Part shown: positions 41,272 through 52,700 of the stretch, in pieces | Numbering within the stretch: the stretch's first letter is position 1 | How the letters are laid out: each line of letters starts with the position of its first letter | Assembly (NCBI GenBank): GCA_963828525.1 | Contig: CAWHEP010000009.1 | Location: 160,001 to 224,000 of the forward strand | Direction of reading: 5' to 3' | Source of the DNA: an uncultured Verrucomicrobiae bacterium | Lineage (GTDB): Bacteria > Verrucomicrobiota > Verrucomicrobiia > Chthoniobacterales > Chthoniobacteraceae | Length of the DNA: 64,000 nucleotides | Program-made: the position numbers and the translations under genes | Notes under the pieces: model-generated | The model's input: only the letters and a program-made list of their open reading frames with translations | What the model was told of the DNA's origin: nothing | Database searches by the model: none

Positions 41272-42696
41272 AGCTGGAATTCACCGTCACCTCGCCCAAG
41301 GAAGGGACTCGCGTTCGCTTCTTTCCGAAGGAGAGCCGGGCTGAAACCCCCATCGCAGTCGCGGGAGAAGGAATTCTCCGGGAAGGCGAACACCCTCCTC
41401 CGTTTGCATTCGCCTGATGTCCTCTGCGTGGGCCTCGGAGATGGCGGGAAGGTGGACGCGCAAGTCCTGCGATCCGCCACCGGGGCAGCGATCATGCGCC
41501 TGGCGAAGATCGGGGTTGAGAGCGCGACTTTGGAGCTGGGGACCTGGCATCCATTTGCGGGAGAGATCGTGGAAGGAGCGCTCCTCGCCAGCTATCGGTT
41601 TGATGAGTTCAGAGCATCCCACGGATGTTCATTGAAGACGCTACGGCTGCAATGCGCGGCTCGAGACATGGGCGCGGTGAAGCAGAACGCGCGAAAGAGC
41701 CTGCTCCTCGCCGAGGCTGTAAACTACGCGCGGGAAATCGCCAACCAACCTGGCAACGTGATCAATCCTGCGGCGCTTGCGGCAGAGGCGGCAAAGCTCG
41801 CCCGCCGAAAGAGACTTTCCATTCAAGTGATGGATGAGAAGATGCTGCGGGCTGGCGGGTTCGGAGGCCTGCTCGCGGTAGGCGGAGGCAGCGCGCATCC
41901 TCCGCGTCTGATTGTCCTGGAACACCGCGGAAACCCCTCTTCCAAAGACGTCATCGCATTGGTCGGAAAGGCGATCACGTTCGATAGTGGCGGAATCTCG
42001 CTGAAACCTTCCGACAAGATGGAAGAAATGGTCTTCGACAAGTGCGGCGGAATCGCGGTGCTGGGCGCGATGGCAGCGATTTCAGATTTTCGCGTCAAGC
42101 AAAATGTCGTTGGCATCATCGCGAGCGCGGAGAATTTGCCAGGGCCTCTCGCGTACCGGCCGGGGGACATCGTTACGGCTTTCGATGGCAAAAATATAGA
42201 GATCATCAACACCGACGCGGAGGGGCGGGTGGTACTTGCGGACGCGATTGGATACGCTCGCAAGGAGAAGAAGGCGCGCGCAATCATCGACGTGGCAACC
42301 CTGACGGGCGCCATTGGAGTCGCGTTGGGCGAACAAGCGGCGGGTTTATGGAGCAATTCAGACGCGCTGAATGCCGCGGTGATGGCAGCCGGCGCGAAGT
42401 CCGGGGAGCGATTTTGGCCGATGCCCCTCTTTGCGGAATACCATGAGCAGATCAAGAGTGACGTCGCTCTGGTGAAGAACTCCGCCGGGCGGCTTGGGGG
42501 GTCCTGCACGGCAGCCGCTTTCCTGCAAACGTTCGCAGTCGACACGCCGTGGGTTCACCTGGATATCGCCTACATGGCCAGCCATCTGAAGGATCGCCCG
42601 GATATGGGGCGTGGCGCCACGGGGTTTGGAGTGCGAACACTTGCGCGCCTTGTTCAGGACTGGAAGCCTGGACTAACGCAGGCCGCGTCCGCATGA
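41268..42696 (+). CDS. pepA: Leucyl aminopeptidase (M17); apparent +1 indel near 41363
   Basis: VGKAITFDSGG and NTDAEGR motifs. GTG at 41268 overlaps the serA stop and joins EKEFSGKAN..CVGLG after removal of one base. Confidence 0.9.
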
Positions 42697-42739
42697 AAAA
42701 TCCTTTTGCGACGAAGGACGGCAGGCTTATAAAGTTGGA

Positions 42740-43300
42740 GTGCGTCAACATGGGCAAACTTCATCGGGCCTGAGCGGGTCGCTGCTGATCGCGCATCCCA
42801 AACTGCTGGATCCAAACTTCCGGCGCACAGTCCTCTTCCTTTCAGCCAGCAGCGAGGAGGAGGGTTCCCTCGGTTTCATTTTGAACAGGCCAGCGGAGAA
42901 GACCGTTTCCGAGTTCCTTCCCGACAGCCCGCTCGGAGTCCTGGGCGCCGTTCCAGTGTTCCTGGGAGGCCCTGTGGGAACGGATCAACTCACTTTCGCC
43001 TGTTTTCAATGGAAAGCAGAAGAGCAAACGATTGAGTGCAAACCTCATCTCGTGCTCGATGAAGCGCGCGAAGCGCTGGCGAGTGGGGCGGGATCGGTGC
43101 GCGCGTTTATCGGTTACTCGGGTTGGGGAAAAGGACAGTTGGAGTCCGAACTCGCTCAGAAAGCGTGGGTCGTGCAGAAGCCTGATCGAGACATCCTTGA
43201 TCCTGAAAAATGCCTGGAGATATGGCCAGCCATAATGCGGAATTTCGGCCCTTGGTTTCGTTTGCTGGCCGCCGCTCCGGACGATCCTTCGCTCAATTGA
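42740..43300 (+). CDS. YqgE/AlgH family protein
   Basis: LLIAHPKLLDPNFRRTV, GGPV and GYSGWGKGQLESE motifs. Confidence 0.92.
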   Translation: MRQHGQTSSGLSGSLLIAHPKLLDPNFRRTVLFLSASSEEEGSLGFILNRPAEKTVSEFLPDSPLGVLGAVPVFLGGPVGTDQLTFACFQWKAEEQTIECKPHLVLDEAREALASGAGSVRAFIGYSGWGKGQLESELAQKAWVVQKPDRDILDPEKCLEIWPAIMRNFGPWFRLLAAAPDDPSLN

Positions 43301-44370
43301 ACCGGTTCCGCCGAACGCTGCTTATAGGCGCGGCAGCATCGAGGCTATGCGCGCTGGGTTGCATGCTCTCGCTTTTTTGCGGCGCAGAGGCCCATGCTTC
43401 GCCGCTTCGCCTGGAGGAGGCCCGCGCGTATTCCGAACGCAAAGGCGGCATTTCGCTGCTCATCCTGCAGCATGATGAGACACTGCTGGAGGCGTATTCT
43501 CCCAATCATCGGGCAACAGATGCCAGCAAGATTTACAGCGGCACAAAAAGCTTCTGGGGAATCGCGGCAATGGTCGCGGTCTCCGAGGGAATCCTGAGCC
43601 TGGACGAGCCAGCTTCGGAAACTCTAGGGGAATGGCGCAATGATCCGAAGAAGAAGCAAATCACCATCCGGGAGCTTCTGAATTTCACGGATGGAATCGC
43701 GCCTGGCTTCATCCTTCACGGAGACTCGATCTCAGATCGCAACACGTACGCTATCTCGCTGCCTGTGGTGGCTCGGGAACGCAGCGCCTTCATCTACGGC
43801 CCGAGCCACCTGCAAATACTGTGTGAAGTCCTGCGCCGGAAGCTCGAGCGCCGGCGCGGCACACCTTACGGCTATCTACAAAGCCGCGTGCTTGATCCAC
43901 TGGACCTTGGCGACGTGCGACATATAGAAGATCGGGAAGGCAACCCTCTCATGGCCACTGGGTTCATGCTTACCGCGCGCCAGTGGGCGAGGCTTGGCGA
44001 TCTCATTCTGCACGGCGGCTTGTACCACGGCGCCCGCGTCGTTGATCGCGCTCTTTTGGAAGGATGCTTTCGCGGGACTGAAGCAAATCCCGCATTCGGG
44101 ATGGCTTTCTGGGTAAACCGCGAGGCAGGAAAACAGGGCGCCCGGGAGTTGGATGTCGAGAAGACGCTGGAACCTGACTGGCGCAGGGAGGATTGGCGAC
44201 GAGCCTGCATCTGTCGCGATGCCCCAGCGGATATGATTGTCTCGCTCGGATCCGGCTATCAACGCCTCTATGTCATCCCCTCGCTGGACTTGATAGTCGT
44301 TCGCCAGGGAGTAAACGCGGCATTTTCCGACGGGGACTTCCTAAGAATTCTCCTCGGCCGGAGCCGGTGA
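43297..44370 (+). CDS. Serine hydrolase, beta-lactamase/AmpC-like family (start uncertain)
   Basis: SGTK (SxxK), ITIRELL, FIY and GSGYQRLYVIPSLDLIVVR motifs. Confidence 0.85.
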   Translation: MNRFRRTLLIGAAASRLCALGCMLSLFCGAEAHASPLRLEEARAYSERKGGISLLILQHDETLLEAYSPNHRATDASKIYSGTKSFWGIAAMVAVSEGILSLDEPASETLGEWRNDPKKKQITIRELLNFTDGIAPGFILHGDSISDRNTYAISLPVVARERSAFIYGPSHLQILCEVLRRKLERRRGTPYGYLQSRVLDPLDLGDVRHIEDREGNPLMATGFMLTARQWARLGDLILHGGLYHGARVVDRALLEGCFRGTEANPAFGMAFWVNREAGKQGARELDVEKTLEPDWRREDWRRACICRDAPADMIVSLGSGYQRLYVIPSLDLIVVRQGVNAAFSDGDFLRILLGRSR

Positions 44371-44391
44371 CGGGCTTTCAGCCAGCCGTCT

Positions 44392-44772
44392 TTAAGCGGC
44401 AAAGCTCTCGCCACAGGAGCAATGAGCCACCGCGTTAGGGTTTGTCACTTTAAAGCCGCCCTTCTGCAAATCATCGCTGAAGTCCAGCAGAGAGCCACTG
44501 ACAAAAAGCGCGCTCTTTGGATCGACGACGACGCGAACCTTGGACGACTCGACCATGATATCCCGGTTCGCGGGCCCATCCACCAAATCCATTTTATACT
44601 GCAGGCCGGAGCAACCGCCCCCTATGACCGCGATGCGAAGAGCGCCCCCGGGGCGGCCCTGCCGGCTGAGCAATGAACTCAGCTTCGTGGCGGCAGGCTC
44701 CGACACCTTAACGAGCTTTTCCGTTCCTACCTTAAAGCTGATCTGTGGTTTTGCCGGCTGATTCTCTGTCAC
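44392..44772 (-). CDS. A-type Fe-S carrier (HesB/IscA family), second copy
   Basis: GGGCSG and NPNAVAHCSCGESF motifs. Confidence 0.93.
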   Translation of the reverse strand: MTENQPAKPQISFKVGTEKLVKVSEPAATKLSSLLSRQGRPGGALRIAVIGGGCSGLQYKMDLVDGPANRDIMVESSKVRVVVDPKSALFVSGSLLDFSDDLQKGGFKVTNPNAVAHCSCGESFAA

Positions 44773-44780
44773 TGCGCCCT

Positions 44781-44808
44781 ACATTACGGGCGCAATCCCC
44801 ATGGTCAA
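44781..44808 (-). promoter_or_regulatory. Sigma70-type promoter, near-leaderless
   Basis: TTGACC-N16-TAATGT, 8 nt before the GTG. Confidence 0.55.
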
Positions 44809-45797
44809 GCGGCGCTGCTCAGCAGCTCCGCCTCGTCCATCATGTGCGCCCCGCGGATATCGTCCAGTTCCATGATCGACCCCACGTGCTGAAACTTTGC
44901 GCGGAGCGCTTTAGCGTCGCGCATCCCGCGGGAATACGCCATGAGGCGGGTTCTCATCGCATGCATGGCGGGACCTTCCGCCCCGCGCTTTTGAATCATC
45001 AGCGCGCAATGCCGGCGAATCAGGTTCCACTGCTCCAGCGTATTTGGGGGACGAATCGCGACTCCTGTCGCCAGGAAGTGTTTGATCTCCGCAAAAATCC
45101 ACGGCGAACACATGGCTCCCCGCCCGATCATGAGCCCGGCAACGGCGGTCTCCTTCAGCCGACGCGCGGCGTCCTCTGAAGAATTGATGTCTCCATTGCC
45201 GATCACAGGAATTGAGACGGACTGAGCAACAGCGGCAATTGTGTCCCAATCAGCCTCGCCGGAATATCCCTGCTCCTTCGTGCGTCCATGAACGGCGATT
45301 GCCTGGATCCCGGCGTCTTGCAGGGCGTTCGCGGTTTGGAGCGCGTTGATGCTATTGCGATCCCAGCCCAGTCGAATCTTCGCGGTTACGGGAAACGGAT
45401 GCACCGCTTTGACAACCCCGGCAGCCACTCTTTTCAGCAGCGGGCAATCCCGCAGCAAGGCCGATCCGCCGTTTTTGCAGACTACCTTGTTGACCGGACA
45501 GCCAAAGTTCAAGTCGATGAAGTCAGGTCTCGTCCACTCCATAGCCAGACGAGCCGCTTCGCCCATGCGCTCGGGATCACTGCCAAAGAGCTGGATACCC
45601 AAAGGGCGTTCCACTTCGTCGAATTCCAGGTACTCACAGGCGCGCTCGTTCCTCCGGACGATGCCTTCGCAAGACACGAACTCTGTCACCATGACATCCG
45701 CGCCCTGCTCCTTGCAAAGCTGCCGGAATATAGTGTCCGTGATCCCCGCCATCGGGGCGAGATAGAGAGGAGTCGCGTTTTTGAACCACGGAAGCAT
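44805..45797 (-). CDS. dusB: tRNA-dihydrouridine synthase
   Basis: LAPMAGITD, DLNFGCP, VHGRT, IGNGDI and MIGRGA motifs; ATG at 45797. Confidence 0.92.
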   Translation of the reverse strand: MLPWFKNATPLYLAPMAGITDTIFRQLCKEQGADVMVTEFVSCEGIVRRNERACEYLEFDEVERPLGIQLFGSDPERMGEAARLAMEWTRPDFIDLNFGCPVNKVVCKNGGSALLRDCPLLKRVAAGVVKAVHPFPVTAKIRLGWDRNSINALQTANALQDAGIQAIAVHGRTKEQGYSGEADWDTIAAVAQSVSIPVIGNGDINSSEDAARRLKETAVAGLMIGRGAMCSPWIFAEIKHFLATGVAIRPPNTLEQWNLIRRHCALMIQKRGAEGPAMHAMRTRLMAYSRGMRDAKALRAKFQHVGSIMELDDIRGAHMMDEAELLSSAA

Positions 45798-45996
45798 AGG
45801 CAAGATATAATGATTGCCGAGCGCGGCGCATAAGCAAGCGCCCGAAGGACAAAACAGGAAGAGCTTGTGAATGCCGGGGATACATGGTTCAATTGGGCAC
45901 CTGGAGAACCGCTCTTTACGGGGCCGACGGTGGCGCTTTCGGCCGGTGCCTTTGAATGATTGACGGCTCCACTTTTTCGATACTCCTTCGCACCGA

Positions 45997-47535
45997 ATGA
46001 TCGACAAACTTGGGCACTTCGAGTTGCGAGATCAGATTGGCGAAGGCGGCATGGGGACTGTGTTCAAAGCGTTCGACCCTTCGCTTCAGCGGGATGTTGC
46101 CATAAAACTTTTGGACGGGAATCTGGCGCAAGACCCCACGTTTGTAGCGGATTTCATAAGGGAGGCTCAACACGCCGCGGCGATCAGTCATCCGCATATC
46201 GTGCAGATTTACTTTGTGGGAGAGGACGCCGGGAGCTTTTACATTGTGATGGAGCTGCTGACCGGGCGGTCCCTGGCTTGCATCTTCGAGCAGGATGGCC
46301 CTTTATCCGAACCGCTGGCGCTGTCGATCGCGCTGCAAATGGCGGAGGCTACAAAGGCCGCTTACGCGAAAAAGATGATCCACGGTGACATCAAGCCGCA
46401 GAACATCATCCTGACCGAGGAGCACGGCGCAAAGCTGCTGGATTTCGGTCTGGCAAAGCTGGCCCACATGGAAGACGAACCGGGGCGCGCATGGGGATCG
46501 GCGTATTACGTCTCTCCGGAGCGGGTGGGTCGGAAAGCTGAGGATTTTCGAAGCGACATGTACAGCCTTGGAGCAACGATCTTTGAAGCATTGACCGGGC
46601 GTCCGCCGTTCGAAGCGGAAACGATCGAGCTGCTTACCATGAAGCGGCTTGAGGAGGAGGCGCCGCTGTTGAGAAGCCGCAACCCGGCACTCTCCAAACA
46701 AACTGAAAAGATCCTGCAGCGGATGCTGGGAAGAACGCCCGAATCGCGCTACCCGAGCCATGATTCTTTGATTTACGAATTGCGAGAGGCCGAAGCCGCT
46801 GTCGCGAAAAGATCACGGGAGACTGCGGGGCGAAAGCGGGCTTACCCAATCAAGCTGGCAATAACCGCGATGTGCGCGGGGCTCGGCCTTGGATTCATCC
46901 TCCTGGCAAGGAAGAGTCACAAGGAGGCAGCCGTGATCAATCCGTCGCTCGGGGCGTCGCAGGAAGCGTCGCCCACGGGATCTTCGCCACGAGACAAGTC
47001 CCCCTCACCCGCCGGAATGGCCGTGGTTGCCACTCCTGAGCCGACAGCGGCAGCGACGCCGGTGGCAAGTCCCTCACCATCCTCACAGAATATCGCGGCA
47101 ACAAATCCCTCTCCGGCTATTTCACCCATGCTTTCGGCGACAACGGCCTCCGCTTCTCCAATCGCGCCGACAGGGACACCGATGCCCGAGCCTGCCGCCG
47201 CTACGCCTGAGCCGGCCGTTCCGCCAGCCCCTGAAACACCCTCAACTCCCGCCCCTCTCCCGACACCTGAAACCGTCGATGTCGCCGCGCTCGCATCCGC
47301 GCCAGGTGACTGGCCGAGAAACGTCACTCTTAAACAAGCGGTCACGTTCCCGGCGGTGGTGAATGGAACGGTTTCCGGTGAGGTGAAGCTGAGCGCCGGC
47401 ATGCAGGTTACCCTTACGAAAGTGAGCGCCGGAGCAGTTGACCTCGAGTTCCAGGGGGGCACCCAAAGCGTCCCGGTCGCCTCCACAGACCTTATCGAGC
47501 GGGTGTTAGCGGAGCGCAGGCGCAGGGGGCGCTAG
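45997..47535 (+). CDS. Hanks-type Ser/Thr protein kinase with TM helix, Pro-rich linker and small external domain
   Basis: GEGGMG, VAIK, HGDIKPQN, DFGLA, SPE and SDMYSLG motifs. Confidence 0.93.
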   Translation: MIDKLGHFELRDQIGEGGMGTVFKAFDPSLQRDVAIKLLDGNLAQDPTFVADFIREAQHAAAISHPHIVQIYFVGEDAGSFYIVMELLTGRSLACIFEQDGPLSEPLALSIALQMAEATKAAYAKKMIHGDIKPQNIILTEEHGAKLLDFGLAKLAHMEDEPGRAWGSAYYVSPERVGRKAEDFRSDMYSLGATIFEALTGRPPFEAETIELLTMKRLEEEAPLLRSRNPALSKQTEKILQRMLGRTPESRYPSHDSLIYELREAEAAVAKRSRETAGRKRAYPIKLAITAMCAGLGLGFILLARKSHKEAAVINPSLGASQEASPTGSSPRDKSPSPAGMAVVATPEPTAAATPVASPSPSSQNIAATNPSPAISPMLSATTASASPIAPTGTPMPEPAAATPEPAVPPAPETPSTPAPLPTPETVDVAALASAPGDWPRNVTLKQAVTFPAVVNGTVSGEVKLSAGMQVTLTKVSAGAVDLEFQGGTQSVPVASTDLIERVLAERRRRGR

Positions 47536-47545
47536 GGCAAAGAGC

Positions 47546-49784
47546 TCAAAGCGTCTTCACGACGATCCATGTCTTTTGCGTTCTGCCGGTAACCGGATCA
47601 GTCGCGGTAAGGACATGGCGTCCCTCTGTGAGGATCGCGCGCACTTTCCCGGCCTCGCTCTCAAACCGCAGCGAGTCGCTCCTCCAGGTGGTTCCAGGGG
47701 AGCCGTCTGTGGCAAGTGGCAATTCGTCGCTTCCCGGGAGATCAGGATCGAGAAAGAACGTGGAACCAGCGACGGGCCGAACAATACGGAGCCGACGGGC
47801 GCTGGCTGCAGGACTGGTAACCTCCTGGCCTGCCACCAAGGAGGCCTGGGATTGCAGCCACGCCGAGTATTCGGAGCCCAACCGCGCTCGCCCAGCAATG
47901 TCGTAATCAGCCGCGGATTCCAGAGGAGGGAGGGTATCATTCACAAACTTCTCGCGCACGGAAGCGGGTGATGGGCTGGCGAGCAGCTTCCCTGTGATGG
48001 GGTTTATCGCGCGCTCTACGACATTCGGCGGAAGCGCATACCAGGTCGTCCCGTAATGCGCGCGCAGAAAATCAAATATATCGTGGAGGACGGGCGCTGC
48101 TCCGGTGACACCCGAGACATGAGTCATGGGCGCGCCATCGAAATTGCCGGCCCAGACTCCGACCGTGAATTCTGGGGTGTAGCCGAATGCCCAATTGTCA
48201 CGGAAATCGGTGCTGGTGCCGGTCTTGCAGGCGACCGGGAAATCGAAAAGGAGGGCTGAATGCTCGCCGAAGGCATTTGAACGGGCACTATTGTCGCTGA
48301 GAATATCCGCTATAAGATACGAGGGACCCGCCTGAAAGACCCGAACAGAGGCGCTGGGAGCGCCGTTTTGCAGCAGACGCCATGGCCTGTAACTCACCAA
48401 GCCGGGCGAGGCAAGCGTAAGCGTTGGTCAGTTCCAGGAGACGCATCTCGGCATTGCCAATGGTGAGCCCGAGACCGTAACGCGCCGCCTTGCCATCAAG
48501 AGTCGTGATGCCGCAGGCTTGCAGGCGCTGTTGCAGCACAGCAGGACCTCCGATGGCATCCAAGACCTTAACCGCCGAGACATTCAAGGAATTTGCCAGC
48601 GCGATGCGGTAGCGGACCGGGCCGTAAAAGCGATGATCGTAATTCTCGGGGGAGTACGCTCCGGTTGATGTCGAAAACTCCACTGGAATATCCGCGACGA
48701 CGGACGAAGGAGTCGCGCCCTGTTCAAAGGCAAGCAAGTAAGTGAAGGGTTTGATAGTGGATCCGGGCGACCGCCTGGCCCACGCGCCATTCACTTGTCC
48801 TGACAAAGGGGCGTAGTAGTCAGCCGATCCCACGAGCGCCAGAACGTTCCCCGTCGCGTTTTCGATGACGACAACCGCTCCGTCGGACACGTGTTCATCC
48901 TTGAGGCGGCCAATACGCTCCCGCAGCCGCTGCTCGACCAGGCGTGTAAGAGGGAGGTCGAGCGTCGCGCGGGCAGAACCTCCGCGGAGTTCCGGGGAGT
49001 GTTGCAGCAGAAAATCCAGAAAATGGGGAGCTTCAAAGGCGAAGCGGAGCGGCACGGGACGAACATCCTCCGCGAGCGCCCGGCGAAAGTCGGGTTCGCG
49101 CAACGAACCGCCGGCGAGCATCCTTCCGAGCACCCAGGCTTGCCGCGCTTTTGCGCGGCCATAGTGAAGGTACGGGTTCAGGCGAGCCGGGGCCTGCGGG
49201 AGCGCGGCAAGGAAAGCTTCTTCCGCGGAGCTGAGGTCCGCGAGAGGCTTGTTGAAGTAGCACGCGGCGGCGGCGGCAACCCCGACGCGCATATTCCCAT
49301 AGCCAAGCCGGTTGAGGTATTCCTCCATGATCTTGTTCTTTGACCAGGCCTGCTCGAGGCGGATGGCGGTCAACGCTTCAATGAACTTTGCTAATACCGA
49401 TCTGCGCCGGGGACATGCCAGCTTAACGAGTTGCTCGGTGATGGTACTGGCTCCGGAGGTGATGTGGCCATGCCTAAGCAGGCCCGCCAACGAACGCGCC
49501 AGAGCGAGGGTATCGACGCCATGGTGATCCCAAAAGCGCTTGTCTTCGGCGGCGATGGTCGCGGCCACCATCCCGGGCGGGATCGATTGAAGCGGGGTGA
49601 AGCTTGCAAACCGATCTTTCCCCGCGAGCACCTGTCGCAGCGGCAACCCGGACCGATCCGTGAATTCAATACTGGCAGCGGGCGGGATCAGCAGAGCTGG
49701 CGGAATGGGCATCAAGCGGACGGCGATCCAACCAGCGATGAACAACACGGCGGCGATACCGCACCCGATCCTTGCAAGCCTCAT
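47546..49784 (-). CDS. pbpC: Penicillin-binding protein 1C; apparent +1 indel at 48391-48392
   Basis: EDKRF, GASTITEQL, STIK, SLN and KTGTS motifs; adjacent to alpha-2-macroglobulin. Confidence 0.92.
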
Positions 49785-52700
49785 TACTTCAAGGGTTTGC
49801 TCCGCATCTCGATGGTCTCCGTCATTCCAAACCGCTCGGGGTGATACATTTCTTCGATGAGCGCGGCCGGAGCGACTGCCGAGCCAGCAGCGCGGACGCG
49901 AGCCAGATAGCGGATGGTGTAGCTGCCCGGTCCCGCATGGTCGGTGAAGAACAGGGCGCGGTCTTCGCGAAGCTCGCGAAAATCGGTTTGCCAGTCCGAC
50001 ATCATGGAGTCGCCCGCATCGGTGGCCTGAGACTTGAACGCGGGATTGGTCGCCTCAAGAATGGAAGGCAAGGGATCGGCAATGGCGAGGTAATGAGCAG
50101 GCGCGCGCACTTCGATCTTCAGCGTCACCAGAACCCGGTCGCCCACTTGCAGGTCTTTCGCTTCGGAAAGCGAGCCGTCGTCATTGAGCTTGGAATAGTT
50201 TCGCGCGATGCCGTATCCACGATCCTGCCTCGGCTGCAGGGCCACTCTGGGCCTGGCCTCCAGTCTCACTTGGGTGAAAAGAAGAGCCTTCCGCGGATTT
50301 TTTAAATCCAAGGCGGGTAGCGACGTATTGATCTTCTCCTGCTGAACATGGGTATGGATGTTGTCTTTGAGAGCGAAGTTGTTCGTTCGGGTTCCATATG
50401 TCAGCGAGCACTGCGCCGGCTGGGGCGCTCCCTCGACATCCTTGGCGTATTTTGCAAGCGCGAGGAGAGCCCATGCGTTCCCTTGGGTCGTAGTCCAGTG
50501 GCCGTGTTTATCCCGGGCGGCCAGCAGTTCCACCGCGAGAGTGTCCACAGCGGCATTTTTCGGGTCGAACGCCGTCCAGGCAAGCAGCTCAATAGCCAGC
50601 TCCCGCTGGCCGGAGCCGAAGAAAGCATCTGCCTGCGCGGGCAGCCGTTCACGAGGGTTGAGCAGTTCATCGACCATGTCGCGACTGCCGTGACTTTCAA
50701 GGATCGCGAGTGCCACGAGAGCGCGACTTTCGGCGGAAAGCAGAGTTCGCTTCTGGAAGAGCAACTCGTGGTAAGCGGGTTCCGCGCGCCCGGCAAGCGC
50801 AAGGGTGTAAACGGCAAGACAGCGATCAGCCAGTTCGTAGTTATCCCGCTTTGCGGCTGTGTCGCGAAGCTGACGGCCAAGATAGCCGCACAGTTTATCG
50901 AGAATAGCGACAGGGATCGCGCGACCGTGCTGCCGGGCAAGCGCGAGCGCCATCCCTCCATACGCGCTTCCCCAGAGCATCGGTTGATTACCCCCCGGCC
51001 AGAATGAGAGGCCGCCTGAAGGAGTTTGCATCGAGATCAATCTGCGGACCCCACTGGCGATGGCGGCATCCGCGTCCTGCCGGGGTATCCTCAGCTCGGG
51101 GACAGAATTTCCCAGCTCACCCGACAAGATCCGAGGGAGCATCGTGGAAGCAGTCTGTTCAACACAGCCGTAGGGATACCTCATGAGGTAGCGAACGGCT
51201 TCGTTAAGCTGGCTTAAACGGGTGTTTGCCACCGTGGCAGTGAATTCTCCCGTTCCTTCAAGAAACTGGGGATTGGCATCCGCCAGCAGGTTTCGGTCAG
51301 CCTCGTTCGACCGCGCGATGAGCACTTCATGCAACAACGGGGCGGCGTAGCCGACGTTCAAAGTCGTTTGAATGGAGTCGCTAAACGGCTGCGCCGGGTC
51401 AGCGGGGTTCGATAAGCTTGCCTTCCATAACCATCGCGCCTCGCCGGCATTCTGAAACTCAACGGGAAAATCCATTTCGATGGAGCCATGCGCCGGAAGA
51501 TGGACGCTGGATTTATAGAGCGCCCTGTCGGAAGACGAAGTTTCAACGGCAGCTTTCTCATCCAGATTCACGCTCAGTTCCGCTTCTCCTTCGTTATCGG
51601 TGGTATTGTGCAATACCGCTCTCAGAATGGAGTGATCTCCAATATTCCCGAACCGGGGCAGCGCGGGTTCGAGTATGAGGGGCTTTTTCACCTCGAAACT
51701 CGAGTCTCCGCTGCCGAATTGACTGGTTGCGGTGTGCGCAACCGCAATCAAGCGGTACCGCGTGATGCTGTCCGGGGCGACGAAAGACGCCGTCACCTTT
51801 CCATCCGAATTCGTTCGCAAGCTGGAGTTCCAGAACGCGCAAGCCAGAAAATTATGACGCGGGTGACTTTCTTCATCCCCATAACCGCCGCCGCCGATCA
51901 CATACCCTTTATTTGAGAATGTGAGCTGTTCCGGATCTTCTGGAAGGAGCGACGGCAATGACAATCCGGTCTGCAGACGCAAGGGCCGGGCTCCCTCAAA
52001 CTCCGCAAAGGGATCCGGCGTTTTGTAACCCATGAGACTGAGCACGCCTTCATCAACAGCATAGAGAATCACCTCGGCATCCACCGCGGCAGCGCCCGTC
52101 CCATCTTTCGCCTCAGCGGTTACGCTCACGGTCTGGCCGGGCCTGTAGCTGGGCGAGTCCGGCTCCACGCGAACGGCTAGTTTTAGTTCGCGGCGTTCTA
52201 CATTTAGCTGACAGTAACCAAGGCGGTATTCGGGAGCCTTAATCTTACGCGCGCTTTCCTCGGAGCCGCGCACGAGCAAGACAGATACAAAGACATTCGG
52301 GGCGTCTACGGTCCCAAGGGGGATTTGTATGGAAGGAGCATTCCCCGCGAGGTCCGCTATGAAAGAGCGGTAAACGGTATCGCGCTCCACCGTGACCAGA
52401 GCCTTGCCGCTGATCGGAGTTTTGACGAGGATGGTGGCGCTTTCACCAGGCAGATAGCTGTGCTTGTCCGGCATAAGGTCGATCTGCGCTTCATTGGGGT
52501 AAGGCCAGGTTGTACGCTCTTTTTTCGCGGACGCAGCGACGCTAAAGCGGGTCGAGGCGCGAACAGGGCGTCCACCGGCATCGCGGGCCTCGGCTTCGAT
52601 GATGTAATCGCCGGCTTCCAAAAGGTTGAAAGCGCTCGCGTCTTCCGAATTCAATGCCCAATGCGCCCCCTCCTTGTGGACAGGGATTGTCGTCGCTTGC

